Notes: a model not told the origin generated them from the letters alone. A stretch of 64,000 bases of DNA from Dehalococcoidia bacterium (GCA_965261455.1 OZ253453.1:579444-643443); one strand, 5' to 3'. Positions 11,233 through 22,535 are shown, counted from the first letter of the stretch. Program-made: numbers and translations.

Positions 11233-12180
11233 ATGGGCATATCCTTCCTGTCGGGCCTTCGGGTTCTCGAATACGCATCTCTTGTGGCAGGCCCCTTCTG
11301 TGGGAAGCTCCTTGGGGACCTTGGGGCTGACGTCATCAAGATAGAGTCGCCTGGCGCGGGAGACGTGGCTCGTCAACGGGGACCGTTCCCAGGAGACGTT
11401 CCGGACTCCGAGCAGAGCTTGCTCCATCACTACGTCAACGCGAACAAGAGAGGCGTGTCCCTCAGCCTCGACAGTCCGACCGGCCGAGACGTTTTCCGCA
11501 GGCTCGTCGAGGTGAGCGACCTGCTCATCGAAGACACCACGCCGGGAGCTCTGGATTCATTCGGCCTGGGCTACGGAGAGCTGGAGCGGATCAACCTTGC
11601 CCTGGTCCTGCTCTCCATCACGCCGTTCGGCCAGTCCGGGCCCCACAGACATTGGCAAGCCTACAACGTGAACACGATTCCCTACGGGGGATGCGTCCCC
11701 TGCAAAGACGGCCACGTTGAGATCCTGTTTCACATCGCGGACCATCACTGGGACTCGTTGGTCGAGATGATCGGGAATCCCGAATGGGCCGCGGACCCCA
11801 AGTTCAAGGACCAGGAAGGGAGGTCGGCCAACGGCGCGGAGGCCAACGGGCATCTCTTCGCATGGGCCAAGAACCGGACGAAATGGGAGATCTATGGCCT
11901 GGGTCTCGAACACGGGATCCCTTGTGGGATTTTCCTCTCTCCGTCTGAGATTGTCGAATCGCGCCAGGAGCGCGAGCGGGGGTTCTTCGTGGAAACCGAG
12001 CACCCGCCGGTCGAAGGGCTAACGAACGTGCCCGGGCTGCCATTCCAGTTCTCGGGCTATCGGTATGGGATCGATCGGTGGGCGCCTCGTCTAGGACAGC
12101 ACAACGCGGAGGTCTATTCAGGGCTTTTGGGATATGGCCGTGGCGAGCTTGCCCGCCTCCGGGCCGCGGGCGTGATTTAG
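11233..12180 (+). pseudogene. CaiB/BaiF CoA-transferase with in-frame internal deletion
   Basis: Normal N-terminus and C-terminus, but only 315 aa. The central segment including the G.GQHID motif seen in the paralogs is missing after YNVNT (near 11680). Confidence 0.75.
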
Positions 12181-12197
12181 CAATGGCGCGAGGATTG

Positions 12198-13414
12198 ATG
12201 GACCAGTTGCCTCTCGAAGACATACGCGTTGTCGACTTCACGTGGGCAGGTGTGGGACCTTACTGCACCTTCCTCTGCTCGATCATGGCGCCGAGGTCAT
12301 CAAACCCGAGACGGTGTCCCATCCGACCATATTCCGAGGGGTTCGGCCTTCCGGCGACTCCGAGAAGGCGGAGCAAGGGAGGCGCTGGTTTTCCCTGGAC
12401 GAGCTGTACGTAAACAAGAAGGGCATCAGCTTGAACCTGAAGCACCCCGAGGGCGTCGCGTTGGCGAAGAAACTCATCTCGGTTTCCGATGTTGTCGCCG
12501 AGAACTTTCAAGCCGGCGTGTTCGATAGGTTGGGCCTGGGCTACGACGAAGTGAGGAGGCTGAACCCCTCGACTGTGATGATCTCCATGTCCGCCCACGG
12601 GGCCACCGGGCCTGAGCGTCACGGAAAGGGCCTGGCTCAGGCGTTCTCCGCCCTGGGGGGAGCAGGGTACCTGACCGGCTACGAGGATGGTCCTCCCGTG
12701 GAACTGCGGCTGCCGGTGGATTTGATCTCCGGAACCACCGCGTGTTTCGCGCTCCTGGCCGCGGTCTGGAACGCCCGCCAAACGGGCCAGGGTTGCCACA
12801 TCGACGCCGCCAGCCGGGAGGTGATGAGCAGCTTCATTGGCGAAACGATTCTCGACGCGATGGTCAATCATCGGGACCAGCACCGAATGGGGAACCGGGA
12901 CCCTTTCATGGCGCCCCACGGCGTGTACCGCTGCCAGGGCGAAGATGCCTGGATCAGCATCGCGATAGGCAACGACGCTGAATGGAAAGCCCTCTGCAGT
13001 GTCACGGGACATCCCGAGTGGGCTAACGACTCTCGTTTCGCCGACCAGTTCGTCCGTTGGGAGAATCAGAGCGAGCTAGACGGCCGCATCTCCGAGTGGA
13101 CCGCAGGCCGCGACAAGATGGAGGCGATGGCGTTCCCCCAGGCAGCGGGCGTTCCCGCGACGGCCTCTTACTCGGCGGCGGACCTACTGGCTGACCCACA
13201 CCTGCAGGAGAGGGAGACGTTCCTGGCGACAGAGGATATCGCCGGCAATCCCTTGATCATGATGGGTCCCCCCTGGAAGTTCGGCAGGACCCCCGGCAGG
13301 ATCCTCGACCGCCCGCCCAAGACAGGCGAGCATAACTCCTACGTGTATGCCGAGCTGCTTGGACTGGAAGACCGAGACCTGGGCAGGCTCAAAGAGATGG
13401 GCGCGATCGAGTAA
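12198..13414 (+). pseudogene. CaiB/BaiF CoA-transferase with -1 frameshift
   Basis: MDQLPLEDIRVVDFTWAGVGP; a G is lost near 12286 (atg gcg ccg instead of atg ggc gcc); the remainder is intact, including LPVDLISG and APHGVY. Confidence 0.85.
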
Positions 13415-14614
13415 TCAACCCAAATCGACGAGCGGGGGCAAAGTCACCGGACCAGCCGCCTGGGAAGGAAGGAGCACCGTCGCCCGCCCGGTCGCGGTAA
13501 CCTCACCCCTCTGATCGTCGGCTGTCACATCCACTTCGGTGACGTGCTGCCCAGAGCGGATGTCTTTGCTCACCACGCTCCCCTTGGTCCACACCGTGTC
13601 TCCGCCGTAGACGAAACGCCGCACCTGGCAGTCCAGCGAAAGCAGCCAGGCGTCGTCGCCTGCCCAATCGGTAATGGTCTGTGCCAGCCAGGCGATCCGC
13701 TGGCCTCCGTAGTCGTAGGCGAAGGGGTTGCCGGTTCGCCTGGCGAGATCGTCGTCCCAATGCACCGCCTCGATAGAGTCAGGGACGCCATACGCGTTGA
13801 GCATGTATGCGCTGGGATGGGCCTTTCGCCACTCATAGGCCAGGCGATGGGCTCCGGGGAACTGCATGGCCAGGCCCCAGCCCATATTCCAGTTCATGAT
13901 GTCGGTGATGGTGATGGGGCCCTTGACCAGGCCGCCTAGCTCATCGCCGACCTCAACATCCTCCCAGTGCCGGGGAACGGCGCCGCGGCGTGTTTCCCGT
14001 TCGTAAGCCTCGTCTATCCTCTGGATGTCCTCTGGCGTGTAACGGTGCCTTTCATACGAGGCGTACTTTTTCCGCTCGCCCCACTTTTTCTGCCTCCCGC
14101 CTCGAATGTTGTGCTGATCGGAGACAACCACCAACTCGCCGCGCTGGTTTCGGTACTCGCGACGAACGATCTCCAGGACGGTGCGGCCCGCAAACGAGCT
14201 TTTCTTCTCGACGTAATCTTTCAAGAAGCGGCGTTCGAAGATCTGGTCCCCAGGCCGCATCGGAAGAAGCCAATGGATCACATCTCCGGCATACCAGGCA
14301 TGTATGCCGCTCAGCGGGTCCCGGGCCCGCGCCCGCTCCTGATCGGTCCAGGCTCGGTTCTCGGGGACGCCGGTGCTCCGAAAAAACATCGGCGGAGCGA
14401 TGACGCCGCCCAAGCGAGTTGAAGACCCATAGTCGACGTCGCAATACAGAGGATTATCGTCGCCGCCGCCGTGGCCGAAGTGCCGGATGGCGTCGGTGGT
14501 CACGTATTCGTTGAACGGTGGGTGAGTCTTGAGCGTGGCCCCGATGTGCTTGCGAGCGATGCCGAGCAGCTCGTCGGTGATGACCCGCTCTTCATGCTTT
14601 TCTGGCGCGTTCAT
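13415..14614 (-). CDS. Double hot-dog MaoC/FAS1-like acyl dehydratase
   Basis: DAIRHF..GDDNPLY, WEDVEVGDEL, YDYGGQRIAWL, WAGDDAWL: two fused MaoC-like domains. Confidence 0.85.
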   Translation of the reverse strand: MNAPEKHEERVITDELLGIARKHIGATLKTHPPFNEYVTTDAIRHFGHGGGDDNPLYCDVDYGSSTRLGGVIAPPMFFRSTGVPENRAWTDQERARARDPLSGIHAWYAGDVIHWLLPMRPGDQIFERRFLKDYVEKKSSFAGRTVLEIVRREYRNQRGELVVVSDQHNIRGGRQKKWGERKKYASYERHRYTPEDIQRIDEAYERETRRGAVPRHWEDVEVGDELGGLVKGPITITDIMNWNMGWGLAMQFPGAHRLAYEWRKAHPSAYMLNAYGVPDSIEAVHWDDDLARRTGNPFAYDYGGQRIAWLAQTITDWAGDDAWLLSLDCQVRRFVYGGDTVWTKGSVVSKDIRSGQHVTEVDVTADDQRGEVTATGRATVLLPSQAAGPVTLPPLVDLG

Positions 14615-15448
14615 GACTGGTAGCTCAGCCCAGAGCCTGCCAGGCTACTGCCAAGAAAACCGATCCGGCGAAAGTAGTCCAGGACTTCATCCTTGAACGT
14701 CTCGGGATGCCGTGCGTAGAGCTCGCCATGAGGCAGGTTCAGGATCTTCCCTTCGCCTTTGGGCGTGAGCGCCACGGACTCTTCGTTCTTGTTCCGAAGG
14801 AAATCGCCTTCCGTGACGAGGTAGAGAGTAGGACAGGAGACCCGCGGCAGCAAGTCATGCAGATCGAACTGAAAGATCGCCTTGAACGCCCAGTCGAAGC
14901 GTTCGCCGGCCTGAATGAAGGCTCGAGTAACGATATCGTAGTATGCCTCCGTCGCGTCGGGGCCCAGGAATCTGGACACGTAGCTCCAGGCGGCGTCGAG
15001 GTGCGAGCCGTCTTTGGACACTCGATACCCCAGGTCTACTCGCTCGAGCATCGCCCGGCCCTGGTCCTTCGTGAACAGGGGACACCCCAGGACGATGACC
15101 CCGGACACGCGCTCAGGCATGTCGACGGCGATATGGAGCGCCAACGCTCCCCCGGTGTGGCCTCCGACAATGGCCGCGTGCTCCAAGCCGAGAGCGTCGA
15201 GGGTGAGCCCCAGCCGGCGGGCGTACTCAGGGATCGTGGGTGGACTTGGAGGCGCTGGCGACGAGCCGTAGCCGGGGATGTCCGGGCGCGATGGCCCGGA
15301 CGTGGGGAGCCAGGGCGGGGAGAGCGAATTCGAAGGTGGCGCCGGACAACGGCGTCTCGTGGATCAGCAAAACCGGAGGTCCGTCGCCGGCCTCTCGATA
15401 GTGGATTTGGCCGAGGGGCGTATCCGCGTATCCGTACCGAATGTCCAC
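14611..15448 (-). pseudogene. Alpha/beta-hydrolase with +1 frameshift
   Basis: MDIRYGYADTPLGQIHYREAG..., extra base near 15290 (should read APDIPGYG), then GGHTGG elbow. Confidence 0.8.
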
Positions 15449-15503
15449 AGTCGCTATCCCAAGAGGGAGCCGTCCCTTGATCGGGGTCTCGCCCCCAGGC
15501 CCT

Positions 15504-16322
15504 TCACTTCGGCAGCGTCACTCGCAGGTTACTGCCCGGCTGCGCTCCGCCCGTGAGGCGGATGGCCTGGCCAGTAACATAGGACGACGCGTCGCTGACC
15601 AAGAACAGCGCAAGCGCGGCGACCTCCTCGGGCGTGCCGAGGCGGCCCAGCGGCGTGAGGCTCAGCGCCTTTTGCTCAAGGGCAGGATTCGCCTTCATCG
15701 CCGCGTCCACGGTTGCCGTTCTGATCAGGTAAGGCACAATGGCGTTGAACCGCACTTGGGGAGCAAGCTCGGCAGCCAGCGTCCGGGTGATGCTGATGAC
15801 TCCCGCCTTCGGAGCGCCGTAGTGAGCGTACCATGGCAACGGGCCAATGCCGGCAATGTCCGAGACGTTGACGACAGCCCCGGAGCCCCGCTCCAACATG
15901 TAAGCCCCGACCGTTCGACAGCCCAGATACGTTGTCTTGAGGTTCTGCTGGATGCCCTCGTTCCAGCGTTGCGGCGTCAACTCCAGGAAGGGCGTGGGAA
16001 CGGTGCCCCCGCCCACGTTGTTGACGAGCCCGTCCACCGCTCCAAAGGCGCTCACAGTCTGGGCAAGGAGCGATTCCGCATCATCTCTGCGTCGCATGTC
16101 CGCGACGACGCACAGGGTTTGCCCTCCCAGGGCTTCCAGGTCCGCGGCCACGCCCCTGAGCTGGGTCTCGCTCGCCTCGGGATCCTTGACGTTCATGCCA
16201 GCAAGGACCACGTTTGCTCCGGCTTCCGCGAATGCCGTGGCGATGGCTCGACCGATGCCCTGGCCGGCGCCGGTGACGATGGTGGTCCGTCCCTTGAGGG
16301 AGAAGAGGTTTAACACGCTCAT
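15504..16322 (-). CDS. SDR family oxidoreductase
   Basis: TGAGQGIG, NNVG, YGAPK. Confidence 0.92.
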   Translation of the reverse strand: MSVLNLFSLKGRTTIVTGAGQGIGRAIATAFAEAGANVVLAGMNVKDPEASETQLRGVAADLEALGGQTLCVVADMRRRDDAESLLAQTVSAFGAVDGLVNNVGGGTVPTPFLELTPQRWNEGIQQNLKTTYLGCRTVGAYMLERGSGAVVNVSDIAGIGPLPWYAHYGAPKAGVISITRTLAAELAPQVRFNAIVPYLIRTATVDAAMKANPALEQKALSLTPLGRLGTPEEVAALALFLVSDASSYVTGQAIRLTGGAQPGSNLRVTLPK

Positions 16323-16337
16323 GGTAGGTTACCGCCT

Positions 16338-17150
16338 TCAGATAATCATCTCGGGTTTCCCGGTTACCAGGGCCCCGCCCGTAATGTTGATGGTCTCGCC
16401 GGTGACGTAGGAGGACGCGTCGCTGGCGAGGAAGACCGCCAACGCTGCGATTTCTGCGGGCCTGGCGCCGCGTCCCATGGGAATCGTGGCCACCGCCATG
16501 CGCTCCTTCTCTGGATCCTCGTCCCATTGCGATCTCATCCACTCCGTCATGACCCAAGTGGGAGCTATGCCATTGACTCGAACCCCGAAAGGGCCGAGTT
16601 CCGCGGCGACTGTCTCGGTCAGGTTGATGACGCCGGCTTTGCCGGCGCCGTAGTGAGCGCGGTGGAGCGCAGGCCGCCGCCCATCCATGGAGGATATGTT
16701 GACGATGGCGCCGGCCCGGCGTTTCGCCATGTGGGCGCCGACATAGCGGCACCCTAAGAACGTGGTGGAAATGTTCTCCTCGATGCCGGCGTCCCAGGCC
16801 TCCTCGCTCAACTCGATGAACGGCGTGAGGCCGGTGCCGCCGACGTTGTTGACTAGTATGTCGATCTTCCCAAAGGCAGCGATGGCCTCGCGCACCATGT
16901 CTTGAACGTCTTGAGGCCTCCGCATATCGACGACGATCGGCAGAGTCGTCACGCCCAGTTTCTCCAGGTCCGCGGCCACGCCCCTGAGCTGGGTCTCGCT
17001 CGCCTCGGGGTCCTTGACGTTCATGCCAGCAAGGACCACGTTTGCTCCGGCTTCCGCGAATGCCGTGGCGATGGCTCGACCGATGCCCTGGCCGGCGCCG
17101 GTGACGATGGCCACTTTTCCTTTGAGTGAGAATCGGTCCAAAATCGCCAT
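16338..17150 (-). CDS. SDR family oxidoreductase
   Basis: ATG 17150 after AGGAGA; TGAGQGIG, NNVG, YGAGK, TGETINITGG. Confidence 0.92.
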   Translation of the reverse strand: MAILDRFSLKGKVAIVTGAGQGIGRAIATAFAEAGANVVLAGMNVKDPEASETQLRGVAADLEKLGVTTLPIVVDMRRPQDVQDMVREAIAAFGKIDILVNNVGGTGLTPFIELSEEAWDAGIEENISTTFLGCRYVGAHMAKRRAGAIVNISSMDGRRPALHRAHYGAGKAGVINLTETVAAELGPFGVRVNGIAPTWVMTEWMRSQWDEDPEKERMAVATIPMGRGARPAEIAALAVFLASDASSYVTGETINITGGALVTGKPEMII

Positions 17151-17188
17151 GGCTCTCAGCGTTTCTCCTTGGCCGGCTGCATCGAGGC

Positions 17189-18136
17189 TCAGGCGCCGGA
17201 CGCTCGCAACCTCGGGTCGAGCACGTCTCTCAGGGCGTCCCCCAAGAGGTTGAAGGCCAGCACCGTAACGGTGATGGCCAGCCCTGGGAAGAGCGCGATC
17301 CAGGGGGCCTGGATCATATACTGCCGTCCCGCGCCGGACAGCATGTTGCCCCACGACGGCGTGGGAGGCGGCGGTCCCAAGCCCAAGAACGAAAGGGATG
17401 CCTCGGCGATGATCGCGAATCCCAGGTTGATCGTGGCCAGCACGATGATTGGAGAGGTGACGTTGGGGAGGATATGCCTGAAGGCGATCCGCCAGCCCGA
17501 GCTGCCTATGGCACGCGCCGCCTCCACGTACATTTGCTCCTTGGCAGAGAACACATCTGCTCGGACAACGCGGCTGGCGATGGGCGTCAACACGAAGCCA
17601 AGGGCCAGGATGACGTTCTGGATGCCAGACCCCAGCACGGTGACGACAACCATCGCCATTAGGAGTAAGGGAACGGACATGATAGCGTCCATGATCCGCT
17701 GTACTACCATATCGAACTTGCCGCCGATGTAGCCGGAGGCAAGGCCCCAGAGGGCGCCGTGGACGATTCCCGCAGCAACGGAGGCCACTCCCACCATCAA
17801 AGACACGCGCGTTCCGTGGAGCACGCGGCTAAAGGTGTCGCGACCCAAATCGTCGGTGCCGAAGAGATGTTTCCAGCTCGGGCCCTGCAAGCGGTCTATC
17901 GGGTTGATCTCAGAGAACCCGAAGGGGGCGATAACATCGACAGTGATCGCGGCGAAGGCGACCGCGAGAATCACCACGGCGCCAGCGGCCCCCAGAGGCT
18001 TGCGTTTCGAGAAGCTCCAGATCATGGCCGGCACCGTGAGATACAACCGTCGTGGGTCCGGCCGTCGCACGGCTTCTACGCCACCAGTTTGCGGTGCATG
18101 ATCCATCAAGCGTAACGAATACGTGGGTCGAGCCAC
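17189..18136 (-). CDS. Peptide/nickel-type ABC transporter permease (DppC/OppC-like)
   Basis: HLFGTDDLGRDTFSR, EAARAIG, FNLLGDALRDVLDPR. Confidence 0.93.
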   Translation of the reverse strand: MARPTYSLRLMDHAPQTGGVEAVRRPDPRRLYLTVPAMIWSFSKRKPLGAAGAVVILAVAFAAITVDVIAPFGFSEINPIDRLQGPSWKHLFGTDDLGRDTFSRVLHGTRVSLMVGVASVAAGIVHGALWGLASGYIGGKFDMVVQRIMDAIMSVPLLLMAMVVVTVLGSGIQNVILALGFVLTPIASRVVRADVFSAKEQMYVEAARAIGSSGWRIAFRHILPNVTSPIIVLATINLGFAIIAEASLSFLGLGPPPPTPSWGNMLSGAGRQYMIQAPWIALFPGLAITVTVLAFNLLGDALRDVLDPRLRASGA

Positions 18137-19056
18137 GCCACGATGAGGTCAACGCTCAAGTTCACGAATACCACCATCATGGCGAAGAATATGGTGATCG
18201 CTTGCAGCGCCGGGTAGTCCCGCTGAGCGATGGAGTTGACGGTGTGCACGCCGAGGCCCGGGATCGAGAAGATGGTCTCGATGATGATGGCGCTGGCCAT
18301 GAGGTTGGCGAAGATCAGGCCGCCAACCGTCACCGATGGCCCCATGGCATTCCTCATCGCATGGATGAAGATGACCCTGCGTTCCATAAGGCCTTTGGCC
18401 CTGGCGGTCCGCACGTAATCTTGCCTGAGCACCTCAAGCAGCGATGAGCGGATGAACCTGGCCAGGATGCCCGCGACGATGGCTCCAGACACGGCCGCCG
18501 CCGGGAGGACCTGCTCCAGGTTGCTCAAGGGGTTGTCCAGGAAGTCTTGATAGGGTATTGGGGCACTGTATCCCCACCATTTCGCAGGAAACACGATCAC
18601 CAGCGTCGCAATCCAGAAGCCCGGCACGGCTAATGCGGTGACGGCGGAGACCCTGGCAATGTAGTCGACGATCGTATCCTGCCTGAGTGCAGAGACGACC
18701 CCCGCGGGCACCGAGATCAGGAGCGCGATGAGCATGGCGAGCCCAGCAACCTCAAGGGTTATGGGCGCCCGCCGTAAGACCTCGTCAATCACCGGCTGGC
18801 CGTCCAGGAATGAATCCCCCAGGTCGCCCCTCGCGAACCGGCCAAGCGTGACAAAATACTGCTTGACGAACGGCTCGTCGATACCGAGGTCGGAGCGCAA
18901 GCGAGCCTCGACTTCAGGATCGCCTGAGGACGACGCTTCAATCAGCAGGGCATCGACGGCGTCTCCCGGCACAAGCCGGATCAAGGAGAACACCAGCGTG
19001 AAAACGAAGAACGCGACAGGAATAATTAGGAGGAGCCGTCTGACGACGTACGCCAT
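18106..19056 (-). CDS. Peptide/nickel-type ABC transporter permease (DppB/OppB-like)
   Basis: YVVRRLL, GDLGDSF, DYVRTARAKGL, RDYPALQ, LDPRIRY. Confidence 0.93.
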   Translation of the reverse strand: MAYVVRRLLLIIPVAFFVFTLVFSLIRLVPGDAVDALLIEASSSGDPEVEARLRSDLGIDEPFVKQYFVTLGRFARGDLGDSFLDGQPVIDEVLRRAPITLEVAGLAMLIALLISVPAGVVSALRQDTIVDYIARVSAVTALAVPGFWIATLVIVFPAKWWGYSAPIPYQDFLDNPLSNLEQVLPAAAVSGAIVAGILARFIRSSLLEVLRQDYVRTARAKGLMERRVIFIHAMRNAMGPSVTVGGLIFANLMASAIIIETIFSIPGLGVHTVNSIAQRDYPALQAITIFFAMMVVFVNLSVDLIVAWLDPRIRYA

Positions 19057-19100
19057 AGGCTCCTCCTAATTATGCGCTGCTTACCCCGCCGAGAGTGTGT

Positions 19101-20825
19101 TTAGCTGTCGAGCCAGAGCCGTTCGTGATCCCGAACGTAGGTATTGATGGGCTGGACTTTGTACCGACCTGAGTCACCCGTCCTGAGGTCTGGATGCGCG
19201 ACCGCCCACGTGAGAGAGTCGGCTACGCGCTGGAGCACTAGCTGATTGCTCAGGATGTAGTCCTGGACTGCCTTGACCTTGACTTGCCGCTCCGCGACGT
19301 CGCTGGTTGCGAGGAGGTCATCGATGAACGCGTCAAGCTTCGGATCAGCCAGGCCGGAGCTGTTCTTGACTCCAGTGGAATGGTAGTTGTTGTTCAGGTA
19401 GGACTCCGGGCTGTTCGCTCCACCGAAGCCCCAGGCGACGTCCTTGAACCCCACTGCCTCGGTATGCGCTTTGAAGGAGGCGAAGTCCGGTTCCACGTTG
19501 GACACGACCTTGAAGCCCAGAGCCTTCATCTCCTCGATGAATACCTCGACGTTGGCCTCGTAGTCGCGCTGGAACTTGACCGAGTCCACGTGCAGCTCGT
19601 AGCCCTCCGGTATGCCGGCCGCCTTGAGCAAGGCTTTGGCCTCTTCAACGTCATACCGGTAGGAGTACTTCTCGGCCGCCAACTCTTCAGGGGTCAAGGC
19701 CCAGGCCGACCCATGCTGACCGGAGACCGGACCCGCCCACTGACCGAGGCCGCCGAACGACGCTTGAATGTGAGCGTCGAGGTTCATTCCAAGGGCGAGG
19801 GCTTTGCGCACTCGAACGTCCTGGAACATCGGATTGTTCTGGTTGTAGTAGAGGACGTAAGAGCTCTGCCACAGGTACTCGATCACTTGGACGTCGGCGA
19901 TCGCTTTCTTTACCTCGATCACCTCTTCGTTGAATAAGTACTCGATGTAGGTCAGCTTGCCGGTAACGGTCGCGGCTGTCCGGGCCGCTCGGTCTGGGAT
20001 GATCAAGCTTTCGGTGGCATCGGTGTAGGGCAACGGGTTCCCGGACTGGTCTTCCTTCCAGTAGCTGTCGTTTCGGTCCATGAAGACGCCGACGTCTTTC
20101 TCCGACCGGTTCAGCGTGTAAGGCCCGGTGCCGATCGCCTGGGTTTTGAGGTCTTCCGTTTCGGGGGCCGCCATGTAGGCCTCTCGTCCCGCCATGGCGA
20201 ACGGAAGCAGCACGTCGACCTGGCTCGTCTTGATGACGAAGGTGTACGGGTCCGGGGTCTCGAAGCCCACGACGTTCTTATACGTTGCCTTGTAGGAGCT
20301 TCCCTCACCGGAGAGCCGTTCCAAATTCCACTTGACGTCCGCCGAGGTCAGCTCGCGTCCGTTGTGGAACAAGACTCCACTCTTCAGCTTGAACGTCATG
20401 CTCTGCCCGTCGCCGGAGAGGGTGACCCCCTCAGCAATGTCTGGCACGACCACGACGTCGTTGGCCGTTTCCAGCGTATCGAGCTTCATCAGGCGATTGT
20501 AGATCGGGCTCACCGACTGCGCCGTCATGTGGTTCCCGTAGTGGGGATCCAGGTTCGGCAAGTTGGGACAGCACCAAGCCCATGAGATGGAGCCGCCGTA
20601 CTTGGCGCTGAACGCCGGTGTGGGAGGGGGTGTGGGAGCGGCAGTGGGTGCCGGCCTAGCCGTGGCCTGCGGGACCGCCGTTGCTGCAGGGGCCGCCGTC
20701 GGCGCGGGAACCGTCGGGACCGCGGTCGGGTCAGCTCCTCCGCCACAGGCCGCAATCACCATCGAGACGACTACCCCAAGCACCACTGAGAATCCGAGTG
20801 CCTTTCGGCCGCTTGTCGTTCCCAT
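19101..20825 (-). CDS. ABC transporter substrate-binding lipoprotein, family 5
   Basis: Lipobox IAAC, Pro/Thr/Ala linker, FHNGRELTSADV, GTGPY, DVRVRKAL. Confidence 0.92.
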   Translation of the reverse strand: MGTTSGRKALGFSVVLGVVVSMVIAACGGGADPTAVPTVPAPTAAPAATAVPQATARPAPTAAPTPPPTPAFSAKYGGSISWAWCCPNLPNLDPHYGNHMTAQSVSPIYNRLMKLDTLETANDVVVVPDIAEGVTLSGDGQSMTFKLKSGVLFHNGRELTSADVKWNLERLSGEGSSYKATYKNVVGFETPDPYTFVIKTSQVDVLLPFAMAGREAYMAAPETEDLKTQAIGTGPYTLNRSEKDVGVFMDRNDSYWKEDQSGNPLPYTDATESLIIPDRAARTAATVTGKLTYIEYLFNEEVIEVKKAIADVQVIEYLWQSSYVLYYNQNNPMFQDVRVRKALALGMNLDAHIQASFGGLGQWAGPVSGQHGSAWALTPEELAAEKYSYRYDVEEAKALLKAAGIPEGYELHVDSVKFQRDYEANVEVFIEEMKALGFKVVSNVEPDFASFKAHTEAVGFKDVAWGFGGANSPESYLNNNYHSTGVKNSSGLADPKLDAFIDDLLATSDVAERQVKVKAVQDYILSNQLVLQRVADSLTWAVAHPDLRTGDSGRYKVQPINTYVRDHERLWLDS

Positions 20826-20901
20826 TAAATACTCCTATTCCCCTCGATGAACCGAGCCACCGATGGCGTGTGATCCAAGCTCAGCCGCCACTCAGGGCAA
20901 A

Positions 20902-20930
20902 AACCTACCAAGTCAAGGCCCCTTTGTCAA
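20902..20930 (-). promoter_or_regulatory. Sigma70-type promoter candidate for the ABC operon
   Basis: TTGACA-N17-TAGGTT on the minus strand, about 77 bp upstream of the SBP start. Confidence 0.55.
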
Positions 20931-21038
20931 GTGGTGCTTGTTACGGGCGCAAGCGCCGCTCTCACGGGGCCTTTGACGGAAGTCGCAGCGGCTGCTAGAT
21001 TCCCCATGGCTGACGACGCGAATGGGAGAAGCCGAACG

Positions 21039-21820
21039 TTGGCGAACAAAATAAAGGACAAGGTGGCCATCGTCACAGGGGCCGGGCACTCTTCGGCGAC
21101 GGCCTCTCCGGTGTCGGGCTTGATCTCGGCCACCACCACCTTGGCGCCTTCCTTGGCGAAAGCCACGGCGATGCCACGGCCGTTGCCCTGCTCCGTCACC
21201 TTGGGACCGATGCCATCGCAATCGTCTGCGACGTGAGCGATAAGCAACAAGTCCAACGAGTCGTGGACGAAACGATCGGAGCTTTCGGCCGAGTTGACAT
21301 TCTGGTCAACAACGCTCAGGCCTGGAGCGGATACTCGACCACGCATCTGGGGGCGCTCGCCGAGGCACTGCCCAAGGAGTGGTGGGACCTGTCATTCGAC
21401 ACGGGCGTGAGGGCGACGTGGTATTTCTGCAAGGCGGTCTTTCCGCACATGAAGGATCGAGGCGGCAAGATCATCAATTTCACCACCACAGGGGTCTTCA
21501 TAGGGACGCCTCTCCACCTTGACTACAACGTCAACAAAGCGGCAGTACTGGGATTCACCAAGACGGCGGCGCGAGAGTGGGGGCCCCACAAGATCAATGT
21601 CAATTGCCTCTGCCCCATCGCGGCGACGCCGGCGCTGCTGGCCAACCTCGAGCAGCCGGAGGCCGATGTCGTGCGGAGCGCGATCGAAACCCTGCCAATC
21701 CCTCGGCTGGGTGATCCTGAAAAGGATATTGGGCGCGCCGCGGTTTTCTTGGCCAGCGAAGACTCCGATTTCATGACCGGCCAGACGGTCTTCGTAGACG
21801 GCGGCTCGTACATGATGTAG
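21039..21820 (+). pseudogene. SDR oxidoreductase disrupted by an internal 102-bp inversion
   Basis: TTG start after GGGAGA, KIKDKVAIVTGAG. The reverse complement of 21089-21190 supplies QGNGRGIAVAFAKEGAKVVVAE..AEE, then LRHLGTDAIAIVCDVS resumes. Paralog of 10426-11206. Confidence 0.9.
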
Positions 21821-21870
21821 GTTGCGCCGGCTCACCCCGGCTGAGATTCCTCAGGATTCAGGTGGCGAGC

Positions 21871-22535
21871 ATGGAGCGAAAACACTTCTGGTATCCCCCT
21901 CAGCTGGAGCAGCTGGGCCTGCCGCCCACAGGTTGCCGTGTCGGGCAGTTCCTCTTCCTGTCCGGCCAGGTTCCCCGAGACATGGAAACGGGCAAGGTGA
22001 TCCGCAAGCTCGATGACATGCCCGAGGACCAGCGCGAAGAGTTCAAATCCTGGGGAGTTCATGGCGATGGTCGCGAGGGGCCCATCACGGCACAGACATG
22101 GCTTATTTGCCAAAACATCTCGCGGATTCTGGAGTCGCAGGGCTCGTCCATGGAGCACGTCATCCGCCAACGTTTGTATCTCCGGCGGGTCGACGACATC
22201 AGAATCGCCGAACGAGTCATGCTCGCGTTCTTCCCTGGCGAAAAGCCGGCCACCAACATTGCCCGGACCGCAACCAACGGCACCCATGCTGACTACTTGA
22301 TCTAGTCCGAGGTCCTGGCTTTCGTTCCGGAGCTGGAGCGCTTGACCAAGGAGCCGGTGTATATCCCCAAGCGGTGCGAGTCGGCCAGCTCCTGTTCTTC
22401 TCCGGCCTGTCAGGCATCAATCCCGAAACCGGGAGGGTCGCCACGCGCGTCGACGAAATCGACCCTGAGCTACGGAAGATCATCAAGACGGGGCGCTACA
22501 AGACCGACAGCGCCGAGGAGCCGTTCAAGGCCCAG
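21871..22535 (+). pseudogene. Multi-domain RidA/YjgF protein (nonsense codon, internal deletion, 3' truncation)
   Basis: Aligns by eye to 29064-30463. TAG at 22303-22305, deletion near 22365, ends at EPFKAQ. Confidence 0.8.

Noticed and set aside
22303-22305. In-frame TAG as pyrrolysine or readthrough
   Set aside because: The same gene also has a deletion and a truncation, and the paralog has an ordinary residue here; this is a nonsense mutation.
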